Origin: Minisyncoccota bacterium
Lineage (GTDB): Bacteria > Patescibacteriota > Minisyncoccia > Phycocordibacterales > UBA9973
DNA length: 64,000 bases
Assembly: GCA_035353995.1 (NCBI GenBank)
Contig: DAOQAL010000002.1
Span: forward strand, 28,729 to 92,728
Direction of reading: 5' to 3'
In this document: positions 30,489 to 39,936 of the stretch, piece by piece
Layout of the letters: each line of letters starts with the position of its first letter
How positions within the stretch are numbered: the stretch's first letter is position 1
Position numbers and translations under genes: made by a program
The notes under the pieces: model-generated
The model's database searches: none
The model's input: the letters and a program-made list of their open reading frames with translations, nothing else
Told to the model about the DNA's origin: nothing

Positions 30489-30893
30489 ATGAAAAAAACA
30501 ATAACTATATTATCTTTAACTCTTCTTTTGGGGTTTTTAATTTTTCCTGCATTTTCTTTTGCAGAAGAAACAACAGATCTTTCTACTAGCGGTGGTGGAC
30601 TTACTGCAGCATGCCCAGAAGGGGGGTGTGGTTTTAAAGAATTAGTTGATGTAGTTAATAAAGTGATAAATTATGTTTTATTTGTACTTGCAATACCAAT
30701 AGCAGCGATTATGTTTGCATATGCAGGAATATTGCTTATAACATCTGGTGGCGAACCTTCTAAAAGAACAAAAGCAAAAAGTATTTTTGTGAATGTTGGT
30801 ATCGGTCTTGTTGTGGCTGCTGCAGCTTGGCTTATTATTAATACTATTCTTTCAATAGTTGGTTTTGATGGGTCGTGGATTGGTTTTAAGTAA
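30489..30893 (+). CDS. Small secreted two-helix membrane protein, TrbC/VirB2-pilin-like paralog 1
   Basis: Sec signal peptide (MKKTITILSLTLLLGFLIFPAFSFA), Cys pair CPEGGC, then hydrophobic helix - charged loop (GGEPSKRTKAKS) - hydrophobic helix. Confidence 0.5.
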   Translation: MKKTITILSLTLLLGFLIFPAFSFAEETTDLSTSGGGLTAACPEGGCGFKELVDVVNKVINYVLFVLAIPIAAIMFAYAGILLITSGGEPSKRTKAKSIFVNVGIGLVVAAAAWLIINTILSIVGFDGSWIGFK

Positions 30894-30895
30894 TA

Positions 30896-31318
30896 GTGTA
30901 TAATTTATTTATGATAAATAATTTTAAAAAGAATTTATTTGTATTAATCTTAGTTTCTTTTATCGTTTTCTCTCCAGTTTTATTATTTGCACAAGGTGGA
31001 ACAGGAAGCCTTGGCGACAGTGGCGGAACAGGAAGTTTGAGTGGAGATACCACTAGTGGCCAACTTAAAAATCCAATTAATCAAAGTTCTATAAATGGTC
31101 TTATTAAGACAATTCTAGAAGGCGTTCTAAAAATAGGAATACCAATAGTTGCATTAGCCATAATATATTGTGGTTTTCTTTTTGTTTCTGCAAGAGGAAA
31201 TCCAGAGGCATTAAAAAAAGCTAAAGATGCACTAATCTATACTTTAATTGGAGCAGCGATTCTTTTGGGATCGTGGGCAATTGCGCAACTTATTTCTGAT
31301 ACAGTATTAAAATTATAA
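30896..31318 (+). CDS. TrbC/VirB2-pilin-like paralog 2
   Basis: Signal peptide, Gly/Ser/Thr-rich segment, helix - loop (RGNPEALKKAKD) - helix. Confidence 0.5.
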   Translation: MYNLFMINNFKKNLFVLILVSFIVFSPVLLFAQGGTGSLGDSGGTGSLSGDTTSGQLKNPINQSSINGLIKTILEGVLKIGIPIVALAIIYCGFLFVSARGNPEALKKAKDALIYTLIGAAILLGSWAIAQLISDTVLKL

Positions 31319-31327
31319 ATAATTTAT

Positions 31328-32077
31328 ATGAAAAATAAAAAAATAAAAAAAATTTGTTTGATGATTCTAATATTAGCAGTTATAGCTGTGCCATTTTTAT
31401 CTTTTGCTCAAAATGTAACTGATGTTACTCCAGTAGAAGAAGCGTGTGGAGCATCTTCTACTGATTTATTAGGAATAATTTGTAGAATAGGTTTTTATTT
31501 GAATCAAATAATTCCAATATTGCTTGCATTAGGAGTTGTATATTTCGTATGGGGGGTTATTACCTATATGATAAAAGATGATGAGGAAGCAAAGAAAAAA
31601 GGAAAGAATAGAATTATTTACGGCATTATTGGTTTGGTTGTAATAATATCACTATGGGGTATTGTGACTATTGTTATAGATAGTCTTGGTATTGATACGC
31701 AAGAACTTGCTCGAATCACACCTTCAACAGAGCAAATTACACAAACTTATGAGACTTCAGGTGTATGCATAGCAAATTATAAAAAATTATCCTCTCCTGT
31801 ATTGGGAGATTTAATTAACTATGTTACTTGCACTATAAGTAAATCAGTAATTCCATTGCTTTTCATTCTAGCTGTCCTCTTATTTATATGGGGTGTTGTT
31901 CAGTATGTTATTAATGCAGATTCTGATGAGAAAAGAACAAAAGGTAGGGATTTTATGATATGGGGAATTATTGGTCTTGTTGTCATGACATCAATTTGGG
32001 GTTTGGTTAAGATTTTTGGAGATACATTTGATATTAAAACTGATTTCGTGCCTCAAGTTAATACACAGGGGCAGTAA
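31328..32077 (+). CDS. TrbC/VirB2-pilin-like paralog 3 (internally duplicated: two copies of the helix-loop-helix module)
   Basis: Signal peptide, then IIPILLALGVVYFVWGVITYMIKDDEEAKKKGKNRIIYGIIGLVVI..., repeated as IPLLFILAVLLFIWGVVQYVINADSDEKRTKGRDFMIWGIIGLVVM... Confidence 0.5.
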   Translation: MKNKKIKKICLMILILAVIAVPFLSFAQNVTDVTPVEEACGASSTDLLGIICRIGFYLNQIIPILLALGVVYFVWGVITYMIKDDEEAKKKGKNRIIYGIIGLVVIISLWGIVTIVIDSLGIDTQELARITPSTEQITQTYETSGVCIANYKKLSSPVLGDLINYVTCTISKSVIPLLFILAVLLFIWGVVQYVINADSDEKRTKGRDFMIWGIIGLVVMTSIWGLVKIFGDTFDIKTDFVPQVNTQGQ

Positions 32078-32208
32078 GTTTAACAGTGTTTTTATGTTAT
32101 AATTAGATAAACCTATTTTTAGGAAAATATTATTAGTAAGGTCGCATTTATTATTAGTTCAGCCACAGGCTGATATCCGCTCGAAGCGGTAAAATATTAA
32201 AAATTATT

Positions 32209-32583
32209 ATGAAAAAGAAGTTAATTGTTTTGTCAGGTTTGATTGCACTTGCTCCATTTGCTTTTGCTGATGCTGGTCTTTGTACTTTTCAAACTGGTAT
32301 TCAAGCAGTTATTTGTAAAATTGGTGAGATTTTAAATACAATTATACCAATTTTGATTGTATTGGGTGTTGTTTACTTCGTATGGGGAGTTATCACCTAT
32401 ATGATAAACGACGATGAAGAAGCAAAAAAGAGGGGAAAGAATAAAATTATTTACGGAATAATTGGTTTAGTTGTTATCGTTGGCATGTGGGGATTGGTAA
32501 AGATAATAACAAGCACTTTTGATTTGGATAATAATAGTGCAGGTATTGAAACTCCATGTGTCCCAGGAACTCCAGGATGTTAA
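32209..32583 (+). CDS. TrbC/VirB2-pilin-like paralog 4
   Basis: Signal peptide; core IIPILIVLGVVYFVWGVITYMINDDEEAKKRGKNKIIYGIIGLVVIVGMWGLVKI nearly identical to module 1 of paralog 3. C-terminal CVPGTPGC. Confidence 0.5.
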   Translation: MKKKLIVLSGLIALAPFAFADAGLCTFQTGIQAVICKIGEILNTIIPILIVLGVVYFVWGVITYMINDDEEAKKRGKNKIIYGIIGLVVIVGMWGLVKIITSTFDLDNNSAGIETPCVPGTPGC

Positions 32584-32598
32584 AATAATTCATTATTT

Positions 32599-32922
32599 AT
32601 GGGATTTTTATTTGTAAATGTTGCATATGCGAGTGTTGATTCATTCGTAATAAATCTAAATAAGTTGATAATCAATCCTCTTATTTTATTACTCTTTGCT
32701 TTAGCTGTAGTATATTTTTTATATGGCATTGTTGAATTTCTTTCTAATCAAGAAAATGAAGATAAAAGAAGCAAAGGTAAAAGTCATATGATATGGGGAA
32801 TTATTGGAATGACTATTATGATGGGAGTATTTACTATTATGAAACTAATATTAAATACTTTAAATATAGATGGAATTAATCCAGAGAAGGGAACAGTGCA
32901 ACTAGATAATTATCCAGAATAA
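32599..32922 (+). CDS. TrbC/VirB2-pilin-like paralog 5
   Basis: LILLLFALAVVYFLYGIVEFLSNQENEDKRSKGKSHMIWGIIGMTIMMGVF core. Confidence 0.45.
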   Translation: MGFLFVNVAYASVDSFVINLNKLIINPLILLLFALAVVYFLYGIVEFLSNQENEDKRSKGKSHMIWGIIGMTIMMGVFTIMKLILNTLNIDGINPEKGTVQLDNYPE

Positions 32923-32944
32923 ATTTTTTGAAAATAAATTTCCA

Positions 32945-32972
32945 AAAACCCCGAAAGGGGTTTTTGTTTTTT
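32945..32972 (+). terminator. Intrinsic terminator ending the pilin-like array
   Basis: AAAACCCC-GAAA-GGGGTTTT followed by a T-run. Confidence 0.6.
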
Positions 32973-32981
32973 AAGGAAAAT

Positions 32982-33022
32982 AAAAAAAGCGGTTTGCTTT
33001 CGCAAACCGCTCAGTGTTTTTT
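32982..33022. terminator. Bidirectional terminator (A-run, GCGGTTTGC-TTTC-GCAAACCGC, T-run)
   Basis: Perfect 9-bp stem flanked by an A-run upstream and a T-run downstream. Also serves the convergent minus-strand operon. Confidence 0.6.
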
Positions 33023-33028
33023 AAATTC

Positions 33029-33667
33029 TCAATCAGTCTTATAAAGAATGACCTCGAATGTACTAGTTTCTCCAGGAAGAGTTGAAACTCTCACTGGACC
33101 TTGTGTAGCATCATCGGGTAGTGGATCTCTGTTAATCTCTCCCTTTTTATACAATACTGATCTTGTCCATCCACAATTTTTGGAAGTGAACTCTACTTGG
33201 TAACTTACATAATTTTGAGTCCGAAATGCAAACCTGTAATGGACTCTTGAAGTTTCCCATACTTTACCAGGACCAATAGTTCCGCTTTCTATGTAGGTAA
33301 TTGGTTTACCATCCAAGTAAGCGTCATATTTGGTTCCAGAGAAACCGTAGACTACAACCTTACTTTGCCCGTTAATTAATCTGTCACAGCTGTTAACAAT
33401 AGAGCAGATAATAATAAAAGCAAAAACTATTCCAGCAGCTATTAAGACTAAATTAGCAATTTTTGAGAATTTATCCCAAGAACTCACTTTAGTTTTTTGA
33501 ACTATTTGAGTGTTTTGGGATTTAGTAGTGTCAGTTGTATCAGCAGTCAGCGTGCTTGTATTTTTTTCAGTTTTTGTTGCTGAACGACTTCTACTTACAT
33601 TCACTAAAATAATAGTGATGATACCAACTACAATAATGATTCCAGGTATTATCCAGAATAAATTCAT
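33029..33667 (-). CDS. Hypothetical membrane protein co-transcribed with the SPFH protein (possible NfeD-like partner)
   Basis: Two TM helices separated by a Ser/Thr-rich linker; ~110-aa C-terminal soluble domain. ATGA start/stop overlap with the upstream SPFH gene. Confidence 0.4.
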   Translation of the reverse strand: MNLFWIIPGIIIVVGIITIILVNVSRSRSATKTEKNTSTLTADTTDTTKSQNTQIVQKTKVSSWDKFSKIANLVLIAAGIVFAFIIICSIVNSCDRLINGQSKVVVYGFSGTKYDAYLDGKPITYIESGTIGPGKVWETSRVHYRFAFRTQNYVSYQVEFTSKNCGWTRSVLYKKGEINRDPLPDDATQGPVRVSTLPGETSTFEVILYKTD

Positions 33668-34752
33668 TTTTTACCTCCTTCTTTTACTCTTTTAAATAAT
33701 TCTTCAAGACCACTAACGGCAGAAAACAATTCTCCACCTGGGATGATGGTGTAGTTCGCTTTTTGGATAGCTTCTTGCATGGTTTGTAACCAAATTACAA
33801 GCTTGCCTTCGTCTGTGCCAGCTTGTTTAGCAAGTTTTCCCATGCCGAATGCTTTTGCCTCGTAGATTAATTTTTCAACTTTAGCCTTAGTTTCTCCAAT
33901 TAAAAGCTCTGCCTTAGCAGTTCCTTCTCCTTGTTTCTCGATTCTAGTTTTTTCCCCATCCGCTGTAGCAGACATAGATTTTGCACCAAGAATAGCTTCT
34001 GAAACACCGACAACAGCTTTATTTAACCCATGACTGAAGTTGAAAGGTTTTATCTGGGCATTTATAACTTCAATTCCCCAACCACGTACCTCTTCCTCAA
34101 TTGATATTTTCAGTTGATTGCTATACTTATCAAGATTTTTGAGGGCTACTGCTGGTGTGATCTGTGCAAAATTTGCATTGAATTCAGCGATGCACGTATC
34201 TTCCATTTGCTTTCTTGCTTTTTCGATAGTACCAATAGTTGATACAAAAACTTCCAAATCTATAATTCTCCAGCGTATTACTGGGGTGACTTCCACAGTC
34301 ATTTGAATGTTGTATGGACTATCTTTTAGATCAGGGTATTTGTTATAATCAGGCTGACCAAAAGTTATTCTGATGGGTGGAAAGTACCCTTTGGTCATAG
34401 GCACATTTCCTTCTCCCTCTTTTGTTCGCCAGATCTTTTCTGGATCTGCGGGAAGCTCGTCTTGAATAACAAGAATAGTTTCTTTCTTTAAAGAAACAAA
34501 TCCTAGCAGAACAAAAACCAAACCAGATTTGACCTTGTCAATAGGCCTTCCAAATAAAAGAAGAAGTCCAACTTGATCCACCTCGACTCTACGTAGGCAA
34601 GCCATTGAATAAACAAATTCTACGGCAAAAGCACAACCAATAAGGTTGTATTTATTTACCCAATTGTCTTTTCCCGAAAACATCATGATAATTCCCGAAA
34701 TTAGCAGAATTATCAAACATGTAATAGCAAAATATTTTACTGTTTTTTTCAT
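33664..34752 (-). CDS. SPFH/band-7 (stomatin/flotillin-like) protein
   Basis: N-terminal TM, SPFH core, and Ala/Glu/Lys-rich coiled-coil tail (AKAELLIGETKAKVEKLIYEAKAFG). Confidence 0.7.
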   Translation of the reverse strand: MKKTVKYFAITCLIILLISGIIMMFSGKDNWVNKYNLIGCAFAVEFVYSMACLRRVEVDQVGLLLLFGRPIDKVKSGLVFVLLGFVSLKKETILVIQDELPADPEKIWRTKEGEGNVPMTKGYFPPIRITFGQPDYNKYPDLKDSPYNIQMTVEVTPVIRWRIIDLEVFVSTIGTIEKARKQMEDTCIAEFNANFAQITPAVALKNLDKYSNQLKISIEEEVRGWGIEVINAQIKPFNFSHGLNKAVVGVSEAILGAKSMSATADGEKTRIEKQGEGTAKAELLIGETKAKVEKLIYEAKAFGMGKLAKQAGTDEGKLVIWLQTMQEAIQKANYTIIPGGELFSAVSGLEELFKRVKEGGKK

Positions 34753-34930
34753 AATACACCTCCTCCAGTGGTGATTTTTTTTTATTTTTTATTGATGAAT
34801 TAATATATTTTTTTATATTTTCAACATTTATCAATGATCAAAATACCACTATAGTATAGCATAAATAAAACAAAAAGTCAATCCCTTAGGACTGACTTTT
34901 TGATAATAATAATCTTATTTATAATGTTTA

Positions 34931-35674
34931 TTATGCGTGCTTTAATGGCACTGACTCATTTTCTTTGTTTGAGAACAACTTCCTCCATAGAACTACTATA
35001 AGCAATATTAGGATAAAGAAGAATATCCATTGAACAAGACTTGATGGCATAAATGCGCTTGAACCAAATATTGCATTTGATGCTAATTCGCTTTCTTGAT
35101 CACTTGTTTCTTTTATCGTCTTAGAATTTGCGCTAGTAGCCTGATTTGCAGTTGAACTTACAACTGAAGTTTTTGCTTTGGATGTTGTATTTGCGCTCGC
35201 ATTTGTGGGATTAGTTACTTTAAAAGTAATTGCATTTGAGTATCCTCCACCGGGAGCTGGGTTGAAAACTGAAATAGAGTAACTGCCAATTGTTCCAAGT
35301 TCGTAAGAATTCAATTGAGCTGTAAGAGTTGAAGAATTTATAAATGATGTATTCAAATCATGATCATTTAATCTAATATTTGATTCAGGAGTAAAATTTC
35401 TTCCTTTTACAGTTATTGTTATATTTGAATTCTTAGTTATAGAATTTGGACTTACTGAAGTTACTGAAGGATTAGGATTATAATCATCATTTGACCAATT
35501 TCCAGATCCTCCGTTGTTACTATCATCATAGTAACCAACATATTCACCATCTTCCCAACCAACATGATAATAAGCGTTTGCGTTGTTTGGTAATAAGACC
35601 AATAAGTTCAAAACAAAAACTATTGAAGTGGCAAAAACGAAAGATATTAAGTTTTTATAATTTATTTTAAACAT
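34931..35674 (-). CDS. Surface protein with IPT/TIG-like domain and C-terminal TM anchor
   Basis: Signal peptide, PSVTSVSPNSITKNSNITITVKGRNFTPESNIRLND (IPT/TIG-like), Ser/Thr-rich stalk, C-terminal hydrophobic helix. Confidence 0.45.
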   Translation of the reverse strand: MFKINYKNLISFVFATSIVFVLNLLVLLPNNANAYYHVGWEDGEYVGYYDDSNNGGSGNWSNDDYNPNPSVTSVSPNSITKNSNITITVKGRNFTPESNIRLNDHDLNTSFINSSTLTAQLNSYELGTIGSYSISVFNPAPGGGYSNAITFKVTNPTNASANTTSKAKTSVVSSTANQATSANSKTIKETSDQESELASNAIFGSSAFMPSSLVQWIFFFILILLIVVLWRKLFSNKENESVPLKHA

Positions 35675-35765
35675 ACTAACAGTATAGCATATTCGAAATA
35701 AAAAGTCAAGCCCTAAAATAGGCCTTAAAATAAGAACTAAATTAATGTATTAGTCCATTTTTTAG

Positions 35766-35847
35766 TGCTGGAGGAGGGACTCGAACCCTCAAGTCTTTCG
35801 ACACTAGTTCCTAAGACTAGCGCGTATACCAATTCCGCCACTCCAGC
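35766..35847 (-). tRNA. tRNA-Leu (anticodon TAG), long variable arm
   Basis: Hand-folded on the minus strand: acceptor GCUGGAG/CUCCAGC, anticodon loop CUUAGGA, variable hairpin GUCGAAAGAC, T-arm GAGGG-UUCGAGU-CCCUC. Confidence 0.8.
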
Positions 35848-35900
35848 ATTATATAATTATAAGCTTATAAAATATTTCGTATGAAAACTTTTTAAGCTAG

Positions 35901-35973
35901 TCCGCCCAGTTGGATTTGAACCAACGACCAATCGCTTAAGAGGCGAGTGCTCTACCAACTGAGCTATGGGCGG
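35901..35973 (-). tRNA. tRNA-Lys (anticodon CTT)
   Basis: Minus strand GCCCAUAGCUCAGUUGGUAGAGC..., anticodon loop CUCUUAA, T-arm GUUGG-UUCAAAU-CCAAC. Confidence 0.8.
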
Positions 35974-36024
35974 ATATATAAAAATACTTTTTTCTTTTTT
36001 AAATAAATATTCAATATTTATTTG

Positions 36025-36106
36025 TGCCCGGAGTGGGAATCGAACCCACACCTCTTGCGAGACACGATTTTAAGTCGTGCGCGTATACCAGTTCCGCCAT
36101 CCGGGC
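36025..36106 (-). tRNA. tRNA-Leu (anticodon TAA), long variable arm
   Basis: Minus strand GCCCGGAUGGCGGAACUGGUAUACGCGCACGACUUAAAAUCGUG..., T-arm GUGGG-UUCGAUU-CCCAC. Confidence 0.8.
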
Positions 36107-36163
36107 ATTTAAAATGTATTTTCTAATTATAATTTATTAATATTTTTTTCTCAAATTACAATG

Positions 36164-36235
36164 AGGCCTGGGGCGGAATCGAACCGCCGTATGAGAGTTT
36201 TGCAGACTCTAGCCTTACCACTTGGCGACCAGGCC
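36164..36235 (-). tRNA. tRNA-Cys (anticodon GCA)
   Basis: Minus strand GGCCUGG...CUGCAAA loop...GGCGG-UUCGAUU-CCGCC-CCAGGCC, discriminator U. Confidence 0.8.
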
Positions 36236-36246
36236 ACTTTTCCATA

Positions 36247-36567
36247 TTACTTTGGTCTGAGCAATTCGTCAATTTTCTGTCTATTTTTTTCTCCTTTATC
36301 AATTTCAATATCAAGAAATGGTATAATTTTTATCTTCATATTTTTTTTCAAAAAATCTCTTAATTCTTTTCTTTTTCTTTTTGCAAAATCTAAAGCATCG
36401 TGTTCTTTTTCATCAGGAAGAACTGTTATAAATATTGTTGCATTTTTAAGATCATGAGAAATATTGCATGATGTTACAGTAATAAGAGATGTACGATTAT
36501 TTTCTCGTTCTAAAAAATTTGCGGATAGTTCTTTTATTAAATTTGCAACTTTTTCTGTTCTATCCAT
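36247..36567 (-). CDS. rbfA: Ribosome-binding factor A
   Basis: KVANLIKELSANFLERE...TSLITVTSCNISHDLKNATIFITVL matches the RbfA KH-like fold consensus. Confidence 0.7.
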   Translation of the reverse strand: MDRTEKVANLIKELSANFLERENNRTSLITVTSCNISHDLKNATIFITVLPDEKEHDALDFAKRKRKELRDFLKKNMKIKIIPFLDIEIDKGEKNRQKIDELLRPK

Positions 36568-36568
36568 T

Positions 36569-38077
36569 TTATTTTTGGGTTACGATAAAAGATTCAACTA
36601 TATCGCCTGGTGCAATTTCTGTTTTTGATTCAACCATCATTCCAAATTCTATGCCTTCCTCTACAGAAGAAGTTTTTGTTTTATTTTTTTCTAAATTTAC
36701 AATTCTTCCATTTCCTATTTCAAAATCTCTTCGTATTATCTTTACAGTGCTATTTAAAGCTATTTTACCTTCTATCACTTTACCACCCATTATTTGACGT
36801 TCTTTTGTCCTGCTGAATGTTTTTAATATTTTTGCTTTTCCAAGTATTTCAGTTGTTTCAACTTTTAATCTTCTTTTTTCCATTTCTTCTTCTAGCCATT
36901 CTGTCATTTTATAAATTATATTAAAGAAAGAAACAGTAATTCCTTTTTTCTCTGCTAATTCAGTCGCACTCTTGTCTATTTTTACATTGAATCCAACTAT
37001 TATTGCATCTGGACAACTTGCCACGGCTTTTACATCTGATTCAAGTATTGATCCTGCTCCTTTTTGAACGATTCTAAATTCAGTATTTTCACTTTTTATT
37101 TTGCTAATTTCTTTTTCTATAGCTTCAAGCGATCCTGAAACATCAGTTTTTATTACAATCGGAATTATTTTTTTATTTGTATCTTCTACGTTTATTGTTT
37201 TTTCGCAATTTATTTTTTCTTTTAAATTAGATGCATAATTTTCTGCATCCTTTTTATTTTTAAATGCAACAAATTCTGAACCTATATTAGGTATTTTACT
37301 AAAACCTATTAATCTGATAGGGGATGAGAATGTTGCTTCATCTACACTCTTTCCAAGAAAGTTTTCAATAATTCTTGTAGAACATATAGCATCTTCCACT
37401 GCTACTGTCATTCCTTTTTTTAAAGTACCATTTTTTATAATTAATGTAGCTTGAATACCTCTTTTGGAATCTAAATTTGCTTCAATAACAAAACCTGATG
37501 CTTCTTTTTCTTTTACTGCTGTTAAACTTTCCATTTCTGCAAGAATTAAAAGTAGCGATAATAGATTTTCTACACCTTCTCCTGTTTTTGCTGAAATTTC
37601 TGCAAATGGGATTTTTCCTCCATAGTTTTCCAAATATATTTCATTCTCTGCCAATTCTATTTTTGTTTTTTCAATATTTGCTCCAGGTTTGTCTATTTTA
37701 TTTATTGCAACAATATAAGGAACATTATTTTCAGTGATTGTTTTCCATGCCTCAATTGTTTGAGGTTTTACTCCATCTTCAGCTGATACGATAAGAATAG
37801 CTATATCTGCAATCTGTGCACCACGTTCACGCATTTTTGAAAAAGCCGCATGTCCTGGTGTGTCTAGAAATGTTATTTTTCTATCTTTTCCATGTTCATC
37901 TTTATGTATTACTTCATAAGCTGAAATATGCTGAGTAATTCCTCCAGCTTCTTTGTCTACAATGTTTGTATTTCTAATATAATCAAGTAGTGTAGATTTT
38001 CCGTGATCAATATGTCCCATTACCACTATTACAGGAGGACGTTCTACAATATTTTCTTTTGTAATTGTTTTTTCCAT
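36569..38077 (-). CDS. infB: Translation initiation factor IF-2 (short form: G domain through C2)
   Basis: G1 [27 protein letters not shown]. 502 aa, lacking the long N-terminal region. Confidence 0.85.
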   Translation of the reverse strand: MEKTITKENIVERPPVIVVMGHIDHGKSTLLDYIRNTNIVDKEAGGITQHISAYEVIHKDEHGKDRKITFLDTPGHAAFSKMRERGAQIADIAILIVSAEDGVKPQTIEAWKTITENNVPYIVAINKIDKPGANIEKTKIELAENEIYLENYGGKIPFAEISAKTGEGVENLLSLLLILAEMESLTAVKEKEASGFVIEANLDSKRGIQATLIIKNGTLKKGMTVAVEDAICSTRIIENFLGKSVDEATFSSPIRLIGFSKIPNIGSEFVAFKNKKDAENYASNLKEKINCEKTINVEDTNKKIIPIVIKTDVSGSLEAIEKEISKIKSENTEFRIVQKGAGSILESDVKAVASCPDAIIVGFNVKIDKSATELAEKKGITVSFFNIIYKMTEWLEEEMEKRRLKVETTEILGKAKILKTFSRTKERQIMGGKVIEGKIALNSTVKIIRRDFEIGNGRIVNLEKNKTKTSSVEEGIEFGMMVESKTEIAPGDIVESFIVTQK

Positions 38078-38149
38078 ATTATTAAATTTTTTAGAGAAGT
38101 ATAGTTGTAAAAACTTTCCTATATGAAAATATTTACAACTACACTCCTG

Positions 38150-38605
38150 CTATACTTCTGCTTTTTTCAATGCTTCCTTTTCTTCTTCGGTAAGCTCGTA
38201 TTCGGATTTCTTATTTTTAATTGGTTTAGCAAATACGCTCATTCTTTCTCTTGAATATAAACTTGAAAGAACAACTCCATCTCCATCTTCATTTAGCATA
38301 CCTATAGAAAAACTTTGGTTACTGCCTTGATCTGGAAATGGGTTAAAACGAACTGTTTCTACACCGCGTATACTCTTTTTAAGTTTTGCATTTATTTTTT
38401 TAAGTTCATCTTCAGCATTTTCTTTTGCAATTTTCAACTTAGCAATATCACTTTCAAGGTTTTCAAGAGTTTCCTCTAGATCTTTTGCTTTCTTTCCTAA
38501 AAAGAATCTTTTTAAACGTTTTTCTGTATTAAAAACCCATACTATGTTTATTAAAATAATAATTGCTATAAAAATAAATAGGGCAATTTCGAACTTTATA
38601 TTCAT
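38150..38605 (-). CDS. DUF4446 family membrane protein
   Basis: N-terminal TM, coiled coil, and RFNPFPDQGSNQSFSIGMLNEDGDGVVLSSLYSRERMSVFAKPI core. Confidence 0.5.
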   Translation of the reverse strand: MNIKFEIALFIFIAIIILINIVWVFNTEKRLKRFFLGKKAKDLEETLENLESDIAKLKIAKENAEDELKKINAKLKKSIRGVETVRFNPFPDQGSNQSFSIGMLNEDGDGVVLSSLYSRERMSVFAKPIKNKKSEYELTEEEKEALKKAEV

Positions 38606-38629
38606 AGTTATTTAATATATACTATTTTT

Positions 38630-39877
38630 ATGAAGAAATCAAAGGAAATATATTTAGATTATGCTTCAAGCACTCCAATAGAAAAGCGCGTTGTTTCTGC
38701 GATGAATCATATTATCAATAATAATTTCGCAAATCCGAGTGCTATTCATGAACTTGGTTTAAAATCTAAAGAAATTTTAAACAATGTAAGATCTAATATA
38801 GCAGATATTTTGGAAGTTAGGCCAAAAGAAATAATTTTTACAAGTGGTGCAACAGAAAATAATAATTTAGCAGTTTTAGGTATATTTCAAAAAACACATT
38901 TTAATTTTTTTCCTCACATTGTTACTACAAATATAGAGCATCCTTCTGTAATAGAAGTTTGTAAATATTTAGAAGAAACAAAACAAGCTGAAGTTACTTA
39001 TGTAAACGTAGAGCCAGATGGCATAGTTGACCCAAAAAAGATTAGTAAAGCTTTGAAAAAAAATACAGTGTTAGTTGCAATAATGTATGCGAATAATGAA
39101 ATAGGGACGATACAGCCAATAAAAGAAATTGCAAAAGAAATAAGACATTTTAAAAAAATGCAAATAGATACATTACTAAAAAAAGACAATACTATGTCTT
39201 CTCCTATTTTCCCAATTTTTTACGTTGATGCAACTCAAGCTGTAAATTATTTGCCAATTTCTGTGCCAAAACTCGGTGTAGATATGATGTCATTCAATGG
39301 AGATAAAATTTATGGTCCAAAGGATATAGGAGTTTTCTATTCTAGGAATAATATTCCATTAGGTAAAATCTTTTTTGGTGGTGATCAAGAATTTGGTAAA
39401 AGACCTGGTACAGAAAATCTTGCAAGTATCGTTGGATTGGATGAAGCGTTAAAAATTGTAGGAAAGATAAAAATTAATGAGAATAAAAGATTAATTAATC
39501 TAAGAAATTATTTTATTAAGCAATTAACAAATTCAAAAACTTTTAAAAAATATGGAATTTTGTTAAATGGAAGTTTGGAAAATAGATTGCCAAATAATAT
39601 AAATATAACAATACCAAAAATTCCAAGTGATTTACTCTTAGTAGAACTTTCTGCTAATGGAATATATGTTTCAGAAAAAAGTGCTTGCAAATCTGGTGAT
39701 AAAAAAAGTTCTCACGTTATTAATGCAATTTGTAATATTTCTGAATCAAATTCGTCAAATAAAGAGAGTAATTCCCTAAGATTTTCTTTGGGCAGAAGTA
39801 CAACAAAAGATGATTTAAATTACACCCTAAAGGTATTAGCTTCGACATTGAAAAAACTAGAAAAATGGTATTGCTAA
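38630..39877 (+). CDS. Cysteine desulfurase-family aminotransferase class V (NifS/IscS-like)
   Basis: IYLDYASSTP N-terminus; PLP-lysine region SFNGDKIYGPKDIGVFYSR. Confidence 0.7.
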   Translation: MKKSKEIYLDYASSTPIEKRVVSAMNHIINNNFANPSAIHELGLKSKEILNNVRSNIADILEVRPKEIIFTSGATENNNLAVLGIFQKTHFNFFPHIVTTNIEHPSVIEVCKYLEETKQAEVTYVNVEPDGIVDPKKISKALKKNTVLVAIMYANNEIGTIQPIKEIAKEIRHFKKMQIDTLLKKDNTMSSPIFPIFYVDATQAVNYLPISVPKLGVDMMSFNGDKIYGPKDIGVFYSRNNIPLGKIFFGGDQEFGKRPGTENLASIVGLDEALKIVGKIKINENKRLINLRNYFIKQLTNSKTFKKYGILLNGSLENRLPNNINITIPKIPSDLLLVELSANGIYVSEKSACKSGDKKSSHVINAICNISESNSSNKESNSLRFSLGRSTTKDDLNYTLKVLASTLKKLEKWYC

Positions 39878-39936
39878 TGTCTTAGATAAGTTGTTCCTTG
39901 ATTTTGACTAAAAGAAAAGAATGATATAATGAAGGC

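Noticed and set aside
35857-36457. ORFs 35857..36051(-) and 36161..36457(+)
   Set aside because: They overlap four clearly foldable tRNA genes (Leu-TAG, Lys-CTT, Leu-TAA, Cys-GCA); the proteins are low-complexity.
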